From an uncultured Dehalococcoidaceae bacterium (GTDB taxonomy: Bacteria > Chloroflexota > Dehalococcoidia > Dehalococcoidales > RBG-16-60-22): 26,437 nt of DNA. The stretch is from positions 1-26,437 of the forward strand of contig CAYVPT010000001.1 of NCBI GenBank assembly GCA_964453865.1, read 5' to 3'. Position 1 is the stretch's first letter. Each line of letters begins with the position of its first letter. The position numbers were made by a program, and so were the translations under genes. The notes under the pieces are model-generated. The model made no database searches and was not told the DNA's origin. It was given only the letters and a program-made list of their open reading frames with translations. Below, piece by piece: positions 8,425-15,709 of the stretch.

Positions 8425-8673
8425 ATGCCGGGTACAGGTAGCAGGTCAAGATATTTCCTGGATGTAGAACCAGAATTACGCAATCGCTTTAAGGCTTTCG
8501 CGGCTTTGCAGGGTAAGACGATGAAGGAGTGGCTAACCGAGGCTATCATCGCCAAGCTGGAGGATGAAATTGACGCAGCAGAAGGGCTGGCAACTTTAGC
8601 TGACACTGAAGGTACAATGCCATTGGCAGATTATCTTGAATCACGTAAAGACAAGGATAGCCAGTCTGAGTGA
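8425..8673 (+). CDS. Antitoxin with ribbon-helix-helix-like N-terminus and acidic C-terminus
   Basis: 82 aa (RYFLDVEPELRNRFKAFAALQGKTMKEWLTEAI) with a GGAGG RBS. Its TGA overlaps the ATG of the RelE-like gene. Confidence 0.75.
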   Translation: MPGTGSRSRYFLDVEPELRNRFKAFAALQGKTMKEWLTEAIIAKLEDEIDAAEGLATLADTEGTMPLADYLESRKDKDSQSE

Positions 8674-8930
8674 TGTATCGGATTGAATTAAGGCGGAAGG
8701 CTCAGCGTTCTTTAGATAGACTGCCCAAAGGTGATTTTGACGCAGTTATCAGCGAAATAAAGAAATTAGCCGATTCACCAAGACCGAGAGGGGTTGAAAA
8801 AATCAAACGCGCCGGTCTGTGGCGTATCCGGCAGGGAGATTACCGGATAGTCTACAGCATTGATGAAGGTCAAAAGACCGTTACAATTTTGCGTATCGGA
8901 CACCGCCGGGAAATATACAGGTCTTTTTAA
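8673..8930 (+). CDS. Type II toxin, RelE/ParE (RelE/StbE) family
   Basis: YRIEL, LADSPRPRGVEK, WRIRQGDYRIVYSID and IGHRREIYR motifs. Confidence 0.9.
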   Translation: MYRIELRRKAQRSLDRLPKGDFDAVISEIKKLADSPRPRGVEKIKRAGLWRIRQGDYRIVYSIDEGQKTVTILRIGHRREIYRSF

Positions 8931-8972
8931 TTGGAGGCTGAGTCACTGAAAATATCCGTACTAGGATAGACT

Positions 8973-9000
8973 AAAAAAGGGGAGCTTTTCGGCTCCCCTT
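8973..9000 (-). terminator. Rho-independent terminator, probably bidirectional
   Basis: 9-bp stem aaggggagc/gctcccctt with a 6-nt loop. It has a T-tract on the minus strand and a weaker T-rich tail on the plus strand. Confidence 0.85.
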
Positions 9001-9022
9001 CTGTTTTTATTTAATCGGTTAA

Positions 9023-9050
9023 GCTACCATTGAATAAACATCGGGATGTC
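9023..9050 (-). repeat. Displaced copy of the dnaN 3' end (attR-like)
   Basis: gctaccattgaataaacat (9023-9041) is identical to 10591-10609, and the match extends to 28 nt with 3 mismatches. The minus strand encodes P-M-F-I-Q-W-stop, like dnaN. Confidence 0.85.
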
Positions 9051-9244
9051 AACTCGTTTGGACTTAAATTGTCCTGCTGAGGCAGGACTACCTATTAAAG
9101 TAATTGCTTAAATTGATATGCCTCCTGCGTCCAGTTTTATGTTCGACTTGAGAATCAGAGAGGGTGGCATTAATGGTCAAATAAACCTCTTTAGTTATCA
9201 TTCTTGATACCAAACGAGGTGCTAACAAGCTATCTATTACTATA

Positions 9245-9273
9245 TTGACACATGATGTAAAGTAAACTAAAGT
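9245..9273 (+). promoter_or_regulatory. Sigma70-type promoter for the flavoprotein pair
   Basis: TTGACA-N17-TAAAGT. The taaagt hexamer is tandemly repeated around the -10. Confidence 0.55.
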
Positions 9274-9329
9274 GTACATTACTAGACTCTGGTGATACTA
9301 CTGCTGAAAAATGGTTAAGGAGGAAGGTG

Positions 9330-9881
9330 ATGAAGGTTACCATCCTAAACGGAAACCCTGGCGTAAGCGACACCAGGTTTGATGATTATTTAAATAAGCT
9401 CTCCGATGCCCTTTCGTCAGACAGCAATGAGATAACTGTCTTTACATTGAGGGATATGGACCTGAAATACTGCCGTGGTTGCTGGGGGTGCTGGGTGAAG
9501 ACACCCGGGGAGTGTGTGGTGAAAGATGATACACGCGAGATACGCCGCCAGTGCATACATTCTGATTTAGTAATTTTTGCATCACCTGTTATCATGGGAT
9601 TTACCAGTGCCCTACTCAAGAGAGCACACGAAAGACTTCTACCGCTGATTCATCCTTACTTTGAACTCGTAGATGGCGTAGTACGCCACTTAGCAAGGTA
9701 TGATAAATATCCGCTTATGGCACTTCTTCTGGAAAAGGGGGAAGACGTTGATGAGGAAGACATTAAAATCATCTCCGATATTTATAGACGGGACGCTATA
9801 AATTTTAAGACTTCATTTTGTTTTACCAGGTTCACCAGCGATCCCACAGAGGAGGTAGCAAATGAAATTAACGGTCTTTAA
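9330..9881 (+). CDS. Iron-sulfur flavoprotein / NADPH-dependent FMN reductase family (flavodoxin fold)
   Basis: MKVTILNGNP, the CRGCWGCWVKTPGEC 4Fe-4S motif and DLVIFASPV. An AAGGAGG RBS precedes the ATG. Confidence 0.85.
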   Translation: MKVTILNGNPGVSDTRFDDYLNKLSDALSSDSNEITVFTLRDMDLKYCRGCWGCWVKTPGECVVKDDTREIRRQCIHSDLVIFASPVIMGFTSALLKRAHERLLPLIHPYFELVDGVVRHLARYDKYPLMALLLEKGEDVDEEDIKIISDIYRRDAINFKTSFCFTRFTSDPTEEVANEINGL

Positions 9882-10530
9882 CGGCTCCCCGCGTGGTAAA
9901 AGCAGTAACACCAGAGTTTTTATGGAACATTTCCTGAACGGTTTCACGACAACAGAGGGGAATACATACGAGATAGCCTATCTGAAAGATGTGAAAGATA
10001 GGGATACCTTTATCAGGCTATTCCAAGAGGCAGAGCAAGTGATACTGGCATTGCCTCTATATGCGGATGCCATGCCGGCGGCGGCGAAAGACTTTATAGA
10101 GTTGTTGGAACCGCTTTGCCAGAGGGAAGGCAATCCCGACATCGGATTTTTTGTGCAGTCCGGGTTTCCAGAACCAGAGCACTCCCGTTATCTGGAGCGG
10201 TACTACGTGAAACTGGCAAAACGCCTGGGGTGCCGGTACAAAGGCACGATAATCAGGGGCGGCGGTGAGAACCTAAGGATAATGCCAAGGTTGATGAACC
10301 GGAGACTGTTAAAAGCCTTCTACAAGCTTGGTGAGGCATTTGGCAAAACCGGGGAATTTGACAAAAAGATGGTGGCTAACCTGACCAAACCGGAGAGATT
10401 GTCCAAACTGATGTTCTGGATTATGAGAATTTTAGGCCCCAAAATGTACTGGAACCCGATGCTAAAGAAAAACAATGCCTATGAAAAGCGCTTCGACAAG
10501 CCTTATGCGGTTGAAGTGAAGACTGACTGA
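9862..10530 (+). CDS. NAD(P)H-dependent oxidoreductase, flavodoxin-fold family
   Basis: FNGSPRGKSSNT, LALPLYADAMP and QSGFPE motifs. It overlaps the upstream gene by 20 nt. Confidence 0.82.
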   Translation: MKLTVFNGSPRGKSSNTRVFMEHFLNGFTTTEGNTYEIAYLKDVKDRDTFIRLFQEAEQVILALPLYADAMPAAAKDFIELLEPLCQREGNPDIGFFVQSGFPEPEHSRYLERYYVKLAKRLGCRYKGTIIRGGGENLRIMPRLMNRRLLKAFYKLGEAFGKTGEFDKKMVANLTKPERLSKLMFWIMRILGPKMYWNPMLKKNNAYEKRFDKPYAVEVKTD

Positions 10531-10571
10531 GAAAGAAGAAAGAGGGAGGCTTATGTTACCTGGCCCCCCTT
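10531..10571 (-). terminator. Terminator-like hairpin just downstream of dnaN, inside the islet
   Basis: The minus strand reads aggggggc..gcctccct followed by the pyrimidine tail ctttcttctttc. The stem is imperfect. Confidence 0.4.
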
Positions 10572-10591
10572 GCCGCTATCAGCTGATGTTG

Positions 10592-11725
10592 CTACCATTG
10601 AATAAACATGGGCATGACGACGTGGATGTAGTTTTCCGTGCCGACCGGGCGCAGGAGGCCGGGACTGGAGGGATTGTTGGTTTCCAGGGCTACCTGGGCT
10701 TCCTCAAGGACGCTTAAGACATCAATCAGGTATTTACCGTTAAAGGCAATCTTGGACTCGTCGCCTTCAACGGTGGCGTCGATTTCGCCGACATCGTCAC
10801 CAATCTCTTCGGAGCGGGCGGAAACGGAAAGCTTGCCGGGATTGGTCTCGCTCCCCGGTGTTATTATCAGGCGGACGGTGCCACTGCCGTCCCGGGCAAA
10901 GATAGAGGCTGTCCGGGTGGCCCGGAGGAAATCGGCGACGCTGACAATCATGCGGGTGGTATAGCTCTGGGGGATAATCTGGGAGTAGTTGGGGAAGGTG
11001 CCCTGGACCAGCTGCGATACCAGTTCGACACTCTTAAGGCGGAAGAGTACCTGGCTTTTATCGGGATTAAGGGTGATGCTTACGGTTTCTTCCTCATCGG
11101 CCATGAGACGGTTCAGCTCGGATAACGTACGCGCCGGAATAATAACCTCGGTCTTCTCTTTTATCTCATCGGCGATGGGCAGCTTATAGACAGCCAAACG
11201 AAAGCCGTCAGCCGCGGCCAGCGTTAATGTCTTGCCTTCAAACTGGGCGCAGACGCCGGTAAGGACCGGACGTGATTCTTCTGTGGCGGCGGCGAAGGCG
11301 ACCTGCTCGATTGCCTGACGCAGGGCTTCGACTTCGACAGTGGTGGTAATGCCTTCATCGACGCTGGGAATCGGGGGGAATTCCTTGGCATCGACGCCGC
11401 TGATGCGGGCTTCGAACCGGGCGCATTTAAGACCCAGGGTCTTGGTCTGCGGCGAAAGCTGAACGGAAATCGTGTCACTGGGTAGAGAACTGACGAATTC
11501 GGTGAGAAGGCGGGCAGGTACGGTGATGGTCCCTTCGTCCTCTATCTTTACGCCTATCCAGCAACTGATGGCCATTTCCAGGTTGGTAGCCACCAGTTTC
11601 AATCGACCATCATCGGTAGCCAGCAGGACATTGTTTGTTATGGGCAGCGTCGTCTTGGTGGCGACCGCCCTGCCGACGATACCGAGTCCCCGGTTCAGAT
11701 TCTCCTGAAGACATGATAATTTCAT
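10592..11725 (-). CDS. dnaN: DNA polymerase III beta sliding clamp
   Basis: 377 aa with ATNLE, LAAADGFRLA, GTFPNYSQIIP, IAFNGKYLIDVL and YIHVVMPM motifs. Confidence 0.97.
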   Translation of the reverse strand: MKLSCLQENLNRGLGIVGRAVATKTTLPITNNVLLATDDGRLKLVATNLEMAISCWIGVKIEDEGTITVPARLLTEFVSSLPSDTISVQLSPQTKTLGLKCARFEARISGVDAKEFPPIPSVDEGITTTVEVEALRQAIEQVAFAAATEESRPVLTGVCAQFEGKTLTLAAADGFRLAVYKLPIADEIKEKTEVIIPARTLSELNRLMADEEETVSITLNPDKSQVLFRLKSVELVSQLVQGTFPNYSQIIPQSYTTRMIVSVADFLRATRTASIFARDGSGTVRLIITPGSETNPGKLSVSARSEEIGDDVGEIDATVEGDESKIAFNGKYLIDVLSVLEEAQVALETNNPSSPGLLRPVGTENYIHVVMPMFIQW

Positions 11726-11775
11726 GATGCACCCCCAAATTCTATTGGTGGACTAGTATACAACATAATCCGGTT

Positions 11776-12258
11776 CTATTCAAGCTCTATAGTGCCGCTC
11801 TTACCGCCGCTTTTGCGTACCAGGCGGATGTTCTCTATTTTCATACCGCGGTCGACGGCCTTGCACATATCGTATATCGTCAGGGCGGTAACCGTGGTGG
11901 CGGTCAACGCCTCCATCTCCACGCCGGTTTTACCGGTACTCTCGACGGTGGCGGTAATTTCTATGGTGCTGCTGGCTTCATCGGGGTTGAAATCGATAAT
12001 GACATTACCGATGAGCAACGGATGGCAAAGCGGAATAAGGTCAGGCGTGCGCTTGGCGGCCATGATACCGGCCAGTTTGGCAACGGAGAGGACATCGCCC
12101 TTTTTAGTGCCACCCTGCTGGATTGACTTAAAGGTGGCTGGCTGCATCCGTACGATGCCCCTGGCCACAGCCACGCGGGCGGTATCCGCCTTGGCGGTGA
12201 CATCCACCATCTTGGGTCGACCGGCATCGTCCAGGTGGGTCAGCTTTTTATCAGCCAT
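11776..12258 (-). CDS. moaC: Cyclic pyranopterin monophosphate synthase MoaC
   Basis: [34 protein letters not shown] and IYDMCKAVD motifs. Confidence 0.97.
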   Translation of the reverse strand: MADKKLTHLDDAGRPKMVDVTAKADTARVAVARGIVRMQPATFKSIQQGGTKKGDVLSVAKLAGIMAAKRTPDLIPLCHPLLIGNVIIDFNPDEASSTIEITATVESTGKTGVEMEALTATTVTALTIYDMCKAVDRGMKIENIRLVRKSGGKSGTIELE

Positions 12259-12355
12259 ATAACACCTTTTTAAGGAAACAATTCGTAGCTGGCTAGCTTT
12301 GAATTATTTTTCGAGTTATGTTAATTAAATGCCTGGAGGAGATATTTATTATTTA

Positions 12356-12437
12356 CCTCACCCCCTGTATCCCCCTCTCCTTACGAGGCTGGGAGAGGGA
12401 GAGTGGGAAGTCCTGGAAGAGGGGCTTCGCCCCTCTC
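12356..12437. repeat. Composite C-rich/G-rich palindrome with a gaggggcttcgcccctc module
   Basis: Same architecture as the reverse complement of 22494-22600 and as 23021-23097. Confidence 0.75.
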
Positions 12438-12499
12438 AGACGCCCCCTGTGTTTGTATCTTCCTTACCCCGATCTCTCCCATCTGGGGAGAGGGCTTAT

Positions 12500-12526
12500 C
12501 TGGATTCCCGCCTTCGCGGGAATGAC
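12500..12526. repeat. ATTCCC-N8-GGGAAT palindrome (dRS3-like REP)
   Basis: ctggattcccgccttcgcgggaatgac. It is preceded by another hairpin, ctctcccatctggggagag. Confidence 0.8.
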
Positions 12527-12536
12527 GGTTTTATTG

Positions 12537-13484
12537 TTATCCGCCTACCTGGGAAAAGGGACGGCCGTTGCGCTTTTTACCCTCGGCCAGGTGGTGGCTC
12601 TGCGGTTTCCTGGCAACGGCTTGCTCGATGAGTTCTTTAAGATCTTCCGTAGAGGCGCCGCGGCGCAGGGGCTCCCGGAGGTCTACTTCCTCTTCGCTGA
12701 GTAGGCAGGGACGCAATTTACCGTCGGCGGTGAGGCGGAGTCGATTGCACTGGTAGCAAAAGTGCTCGGTGACAGGAGTGATGAAGCCGATGGTGCCGTT
12801 AGCGCCGGGCAGACGGAAGTATTTGGCAGGGCCGTTGCCGACATCTAACTTCCAGGGCTCCAGCGCGCCCAGCGATTCGATTCGTTTTCTCATTTCGCTA
12901 ACAGCAAAAAGCCTGGTGGCAATCGGTTCTTCGCCGTTGACGGGCATGTGCTCGATGAAACGCACGTGCCAGCCATTGTTGATGGTCTTCCGGGCAAAAT
13001 CGGGGAGCTCATCGTCGTTAACCCCCGCCATGACGACCATGTTGATTTTTACGGGCTCGAGTCCAGCCGTATGGGCGGCTTTAATGCCGCGGAGGGTATC
13101 TTCAAGTTCACCGCAGCGGGTAATCCGGCGGAACCTCTCCGGCCGAAGGGTATCCAGGCTGATATTGACGCGGCGCAGTCCGGCTTTTTTAAGTTCGACG
13201 GCGTGCTGAGCCAGCAAAATTCCGTTAGTCGTTAGAGAAATATCGTCAATAGTATCAATACCCGCCAGCATTTTAACGAGGTCGGCAACTCCCGTCCTGA
13301 CCAGGGGTTCGCCGCCGGTAATCCTGATTTTATTAATGCCGAGTTGAGCGGCAACTCTGGCCACGGTATGGATTTCTTCATAGGTGAGGATATCGCCGTA
13401 GACGCAGCGCAGATTGCAGCGGTCCGTCACCGAGATGCGCAGGTAGTTTATAGGGCGCTGAAATGAATCGGAAATTCCGGTCAT
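12537..13484 (-). CDS. moaA: GTP 3',8-cyclase MoaA with an apparent in-frame deletion in the radical-SAM motif (possibly inactive)
   Basis: YLRISVTDRCNLRC, TGGEP, the C-terminal cluster FCYQCNRLR..C and a terminal GG. The CxxxCxxC motif lacks its third Cys (CNLRCVYGDIL). Confidence 0.9.
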   Translation of the reverse strand: MTGISDSFQRPINYLRISVTDRCNLRCVYGDILTYEEIHTVARVAAQLGINKIRITGGEPLVRTGVADLVKMLAGIDTIDDISLTTNGILLAQHAVELKKAGLRRVNISLDTLRPERFRRITRCGELEDTLRGIKAAHTAGLEPVKINMVVMAGVNDDELPDFARKTINNGWHVRFIEHMPVNGEEPIATRLFAVSEMRKRIESLGALEPWKLDVGNGPAKYFRLPGANGTIGFITPVTEHFCYQCNRLRLTADGKLRPCLLSEEEVDLREPLRRGASTEDLKELIEQAVARKPQSHHLAEGKKRNGRPFSQVGG

Positions 13485-13620
13485 TATGATACCTTCCAAT
13501 GGGTATTATACAGGAAAACGCTGTAGCAAGCCAGAAAGGGGGAGGGAGTGTTTGATATATTGAGGTAAAGAGTTTAGAATGATGCGGCGCAGGGGAATGC
13601 AGATAGAAGTTGATATCTTA

Positions 13621-13668
13621 CGGGCTAAGCCGTTGATGATACGAGGGCGGCCGGGTGGGATGGATAGA
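13621..13668 (+). repeat. G-rich dispersed repeat, copy B
   Basis: cgggctaagccgttgatgatacgagggcggccgggtgggatggataga. Confidence 0.85.
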
Positions 13669-13670
13669 AA

Positions 13671-13739
13671 TCTCCCTTTTCCAAAAGGGGGACAGTAAAA
13701 ATCACCCTCACCTTGCCCTCTCCCATCAAGGGAGAGGGG
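13671..13739. repeat. Two REP-like hairpins
   Basis: tctcccttttccaaaaggggga and tcaccctcaccttgccctctcccatcaagggagagggg. The latter is nearly identical to 23121-23159. Confidence 0.8.
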
Positions 13740-13747
13740 TAAAAACT

Positions 13748-13815
13748 CAGGGCTAAGCTGTAGATGATGCGAGGGTGGCTAGGGTGGGAATAGATAACAT
13801 ACGGAAGGGGTGGGG
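13748..13815 (+). repeat. G-rich dispersed repeat, copy C
   Basis: cagggctaagctgtagatgatgcgagggtggctagggtgggaatagataac plus a G-rich tail. Confidence 0.85.
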
Positions 13816-13825
13816 AACATATAGA

Positions 13826-14845
13826 GTGGATAAGTTCACTCAGGAAATAAGAGAGAAAGCCGGAGAGTCATCCTTCTCAGGGGTGGTGGCGGTATACCGG
13901 GGTAAAAAGGCATTATACCGGGAGGCGTTCGGGTACGCTGATATCGCCAACAAAAGGAAAAACAACGTAAAAACGAAGTTTGCCATCGCTTCCGGTACGA
14001 AGTTTTTCACCGCCCTGGGCATCGGCGCGTTAATCGACGCCGGTAAGCTGTCGCTGGATACCAATGTCCGGGAGATATTTCATCGGGATTTCTCTTATAT
14101 AGACTCGCGGGCTACTATAGCCCAGCTCCTGACGCATACCTCCGGCATATACGACTACTATGACGAGGACCTGGACATAGACCCGGAGAATTTCCACGTA
14201 GATATCCCGTGGTACCATCTGGAAACGCCTTCCGATTATTTACCGCTTTTTGAAAATAAAAGAGCGAAATACTCCCCGGGCGAACGCTTTTCTTACTCTA
14301 ACGGCGGGTTCATCCTGGCCGGCGTTATCATCGAACGAATCACCGGGCAGCTATATCGCGACTATATACGCGAGCACGTGTTCGCTACGGCAGGCATGGA
14401 TGACTCCGGGTATTACGCCTTTAACCGGCTTCCGGAAAATACGGCTTACGGCTATAAAAAGGGTCGGAACGGCGCACCCGAGACCAATATCTACAATCTG
14501 CCGGTGCGGGGGGCGTCCGACGGAGGGGCGTATACCACCGCCGACGACCTCCATAAGTTCTGGAGGGCATTATTTAATAACCGGATTCTTTCTAAAAAAC
14601 TCACCGGAACGTTTTTAACACCTCATGTCATTGTTGATGAGCCGATCGAGTACGGATACGGAGTGTATATTTCCAAATATAGCGGGATGGACATGTTTTT
14701 CATCGTCGGTGGGGATGCAGGAGTAGGTTTCGATTCCCGATACATCCCGGAAAAAGAGTTGCAGGTAACCATCATGTCCAACCATTCTGACGGCGAAGAA
14801 AAAATCAGAGACGTGATATACCCCGGGCTGGAGAAGATTCTGTAG
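13826..14845 (+). CDS. Serine hydrolase, beta-lactamase/AmpC-like peptidase family
   Basis: SxxK (ASGTK), LLTHTSG, YSN and GGD motifs. The start is set at GTG 13826 because the ORF-track extension only reads through repeat copy C. Confidence 0.88.
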   Translation: MDKFTQEIREKAGESSFSGVVAVYRGKKALYREAFGYADIANKRKNNVKTKFAIASGTKFFTALGIGALIDAGKLSLDTNVREIFHRDFSYIDSRATIAQLLTHTSGIYDYYDEDLDIDPENFHVDIPWYHLETPSDYLPLFENKRAKYSPGERFSYSNGGFILAGVIIERITGQLYRDYIREHVFATAGMDDSGYYAFNRLPENTAYGYKKGRNGAPETNIYNLPVRGASDGGAYTTADDLHKFWRALFNNRILSKKLTGTFLTPHVIVDEPIEYGYGVYISKYSGMDMFFIVGGDAGVGFDSRYIPEKELQVTIMSNHSDGEEKIRDVIYPGLEKIL

Positions 14846-14850
14846 CCGTC

Positions 14851-14927
14851 CGGGCTAAGCCGTAAATGACACGAGGGCGGCCCGGGTGGGAAAAGATAAC
14901 AGACGATAGGGGGTAAAGGGGGGAGGA
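14851..14927 (+). repeat. G-rich dispersed repeat, copy D
   Basis: cgggctaagccgtaaatgacacgagggcggcccgggtgggaaaagataac. Its tail ends in GGAGGAG, the RBS of the next gene. Confidence 0.88.
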
Positions 14928-14930
14928 GAA

Positions 14931-15590
14931 ATGGCACTGGATATTAAAATCATATCTCGCAGCATTGTGAACTGCTATCTTTTAAAGACCGATACCGGCT
15001 TTGTGCTTATAGACACGGGCCTTTCTTTTCAGCGCGGCGCCCTGAAAAAGGCGTTGAACCAGGCGGGATGCCAGCCCGGAGACCTCAAGCTAATCGTGAT
15101 AACGCATGCCGATTTCGACCATACCGGCAGCTGCTCATGGCTCAGGAAAAAGTACGGCGCCATTATAGCCATCCACCGCGAAGAGGCTGAAGCGGTCGAA
15201 ACCGGGAGGATGCTTCTCAGCCGTAAAACTAAATGGGGATTCTTCTCGCGGGTGATGATATACCTGGGGGGACTGCTGATTTTCCGCCGGTTCAAGCCCG
15301 ATGTGCTCATCTCGGACGGGGACGATTTGTCACCATACGGACTGGAAGGCAGGGTTATTCATATCCCGGGGCACTCCCGGGGGTCCATCGGGGTGCTTAC
15401 CGGGGAAGGCGACTTCTTTTGCGGCGACCTTCTAACGAACAATGGCAGCCCGAAAAGGAACGCCCTTGTCGACGACGCGGCGGAGATGGACGCCAGCATA
15501 GAGAGGCTGAAAACCCTTGATATAAAAACCGTTTATCCCGGACACGGGAAGCCTTTTAAGATGGAAGAGTTATTAAAGAATATCCAGTAA
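14931..15590 (+). CDS. Metallo-beta-lactamase-fold hydrolase
   Basis: VNCYLL, LIDTG, THADFDH (HxHxDH variant), HIPGHSRGS, FCGDL and YPGHG motifs. Confidence 0.9.
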   Translation: MALDIKIISRSIVNCYLLKTDTGFVLIDTGLSFQRGALKKALNQAGCQPGDLKLIVITHADFDHTGSCSWLRKKYGAIIAIHREEAEAVETGRMLLSRKTKWGFFSRVMIYLGGLLIFRRFKPDVLISDGDDLSPYGLEGRVIHIPGHSRGSIGVLTGEGDFFCGDLLTNNGSPKRNALVDDAAEMDASIERLKTLDIKTVYPGHGKPFKMEELLKNIQ

Positions 15591-15709
15591 ATAATAAAAC
15601 TCATCACTTTACAAATCAATTCCCACCTTCGGCTGAAAGCCATTTACAGCAAAAGAAGTCAAGATATAGTTATTTCTATTGTTTTATACTTAACCCGGGA
15701 GGTGAGAAC

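Larger units (their letters stand above)
9042..10590. mobile_element. Putative integrated islet at the dnaN 3' end (no integrase)
   Basis: About 1.57 kb between 19-bp direct repeats. It carries two flavoprotein genes with their own promoter and is visibly more AT-rich than dnaN. Confidence 0.6.

Noticed and set aside
9088-9279. 63-aa minus-strand ORF as an integrase remnant
   Set aside because: It has no recombinase motifs and no RBS, and it overlaps the flavoprotein promoter.
10592-11725. dnaN as a marker of oriC or of a plasmid/phage
   Set aside because: There is no dnaA, recF or gyrB and no DnaA-box cluster nearby. A dnaN separated from dnaA is known in Dehalococcoides-type genomes, and the flanking genes are chromosomal.
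12318-12704. ORFs spanning the moaC-moaA gap
   Set aside because: These are translations of palindromic repeats (PCIPLSLRGWERE, WIPAFAGMT), a typical spurious product of REP-like DNA.
13500-13620. Moco riboswitch upstream of moaA
   Set aside because: No recognisable consensus is present. The region is purine-rich on + and unstructured.
13775-13825. N-terminal extension of the serine hydrolase
   Set aside because: It is simply an open frame through repeat copy C.
13826-15590. Bona fide antibiotic-resistance beta-lactamases
   Set aside because: Both belong to broad hydrolase superfamilies. The MBL has an HADFDH variant motif and neither shows a clear signal peptide, so resistance cannot be claimed.
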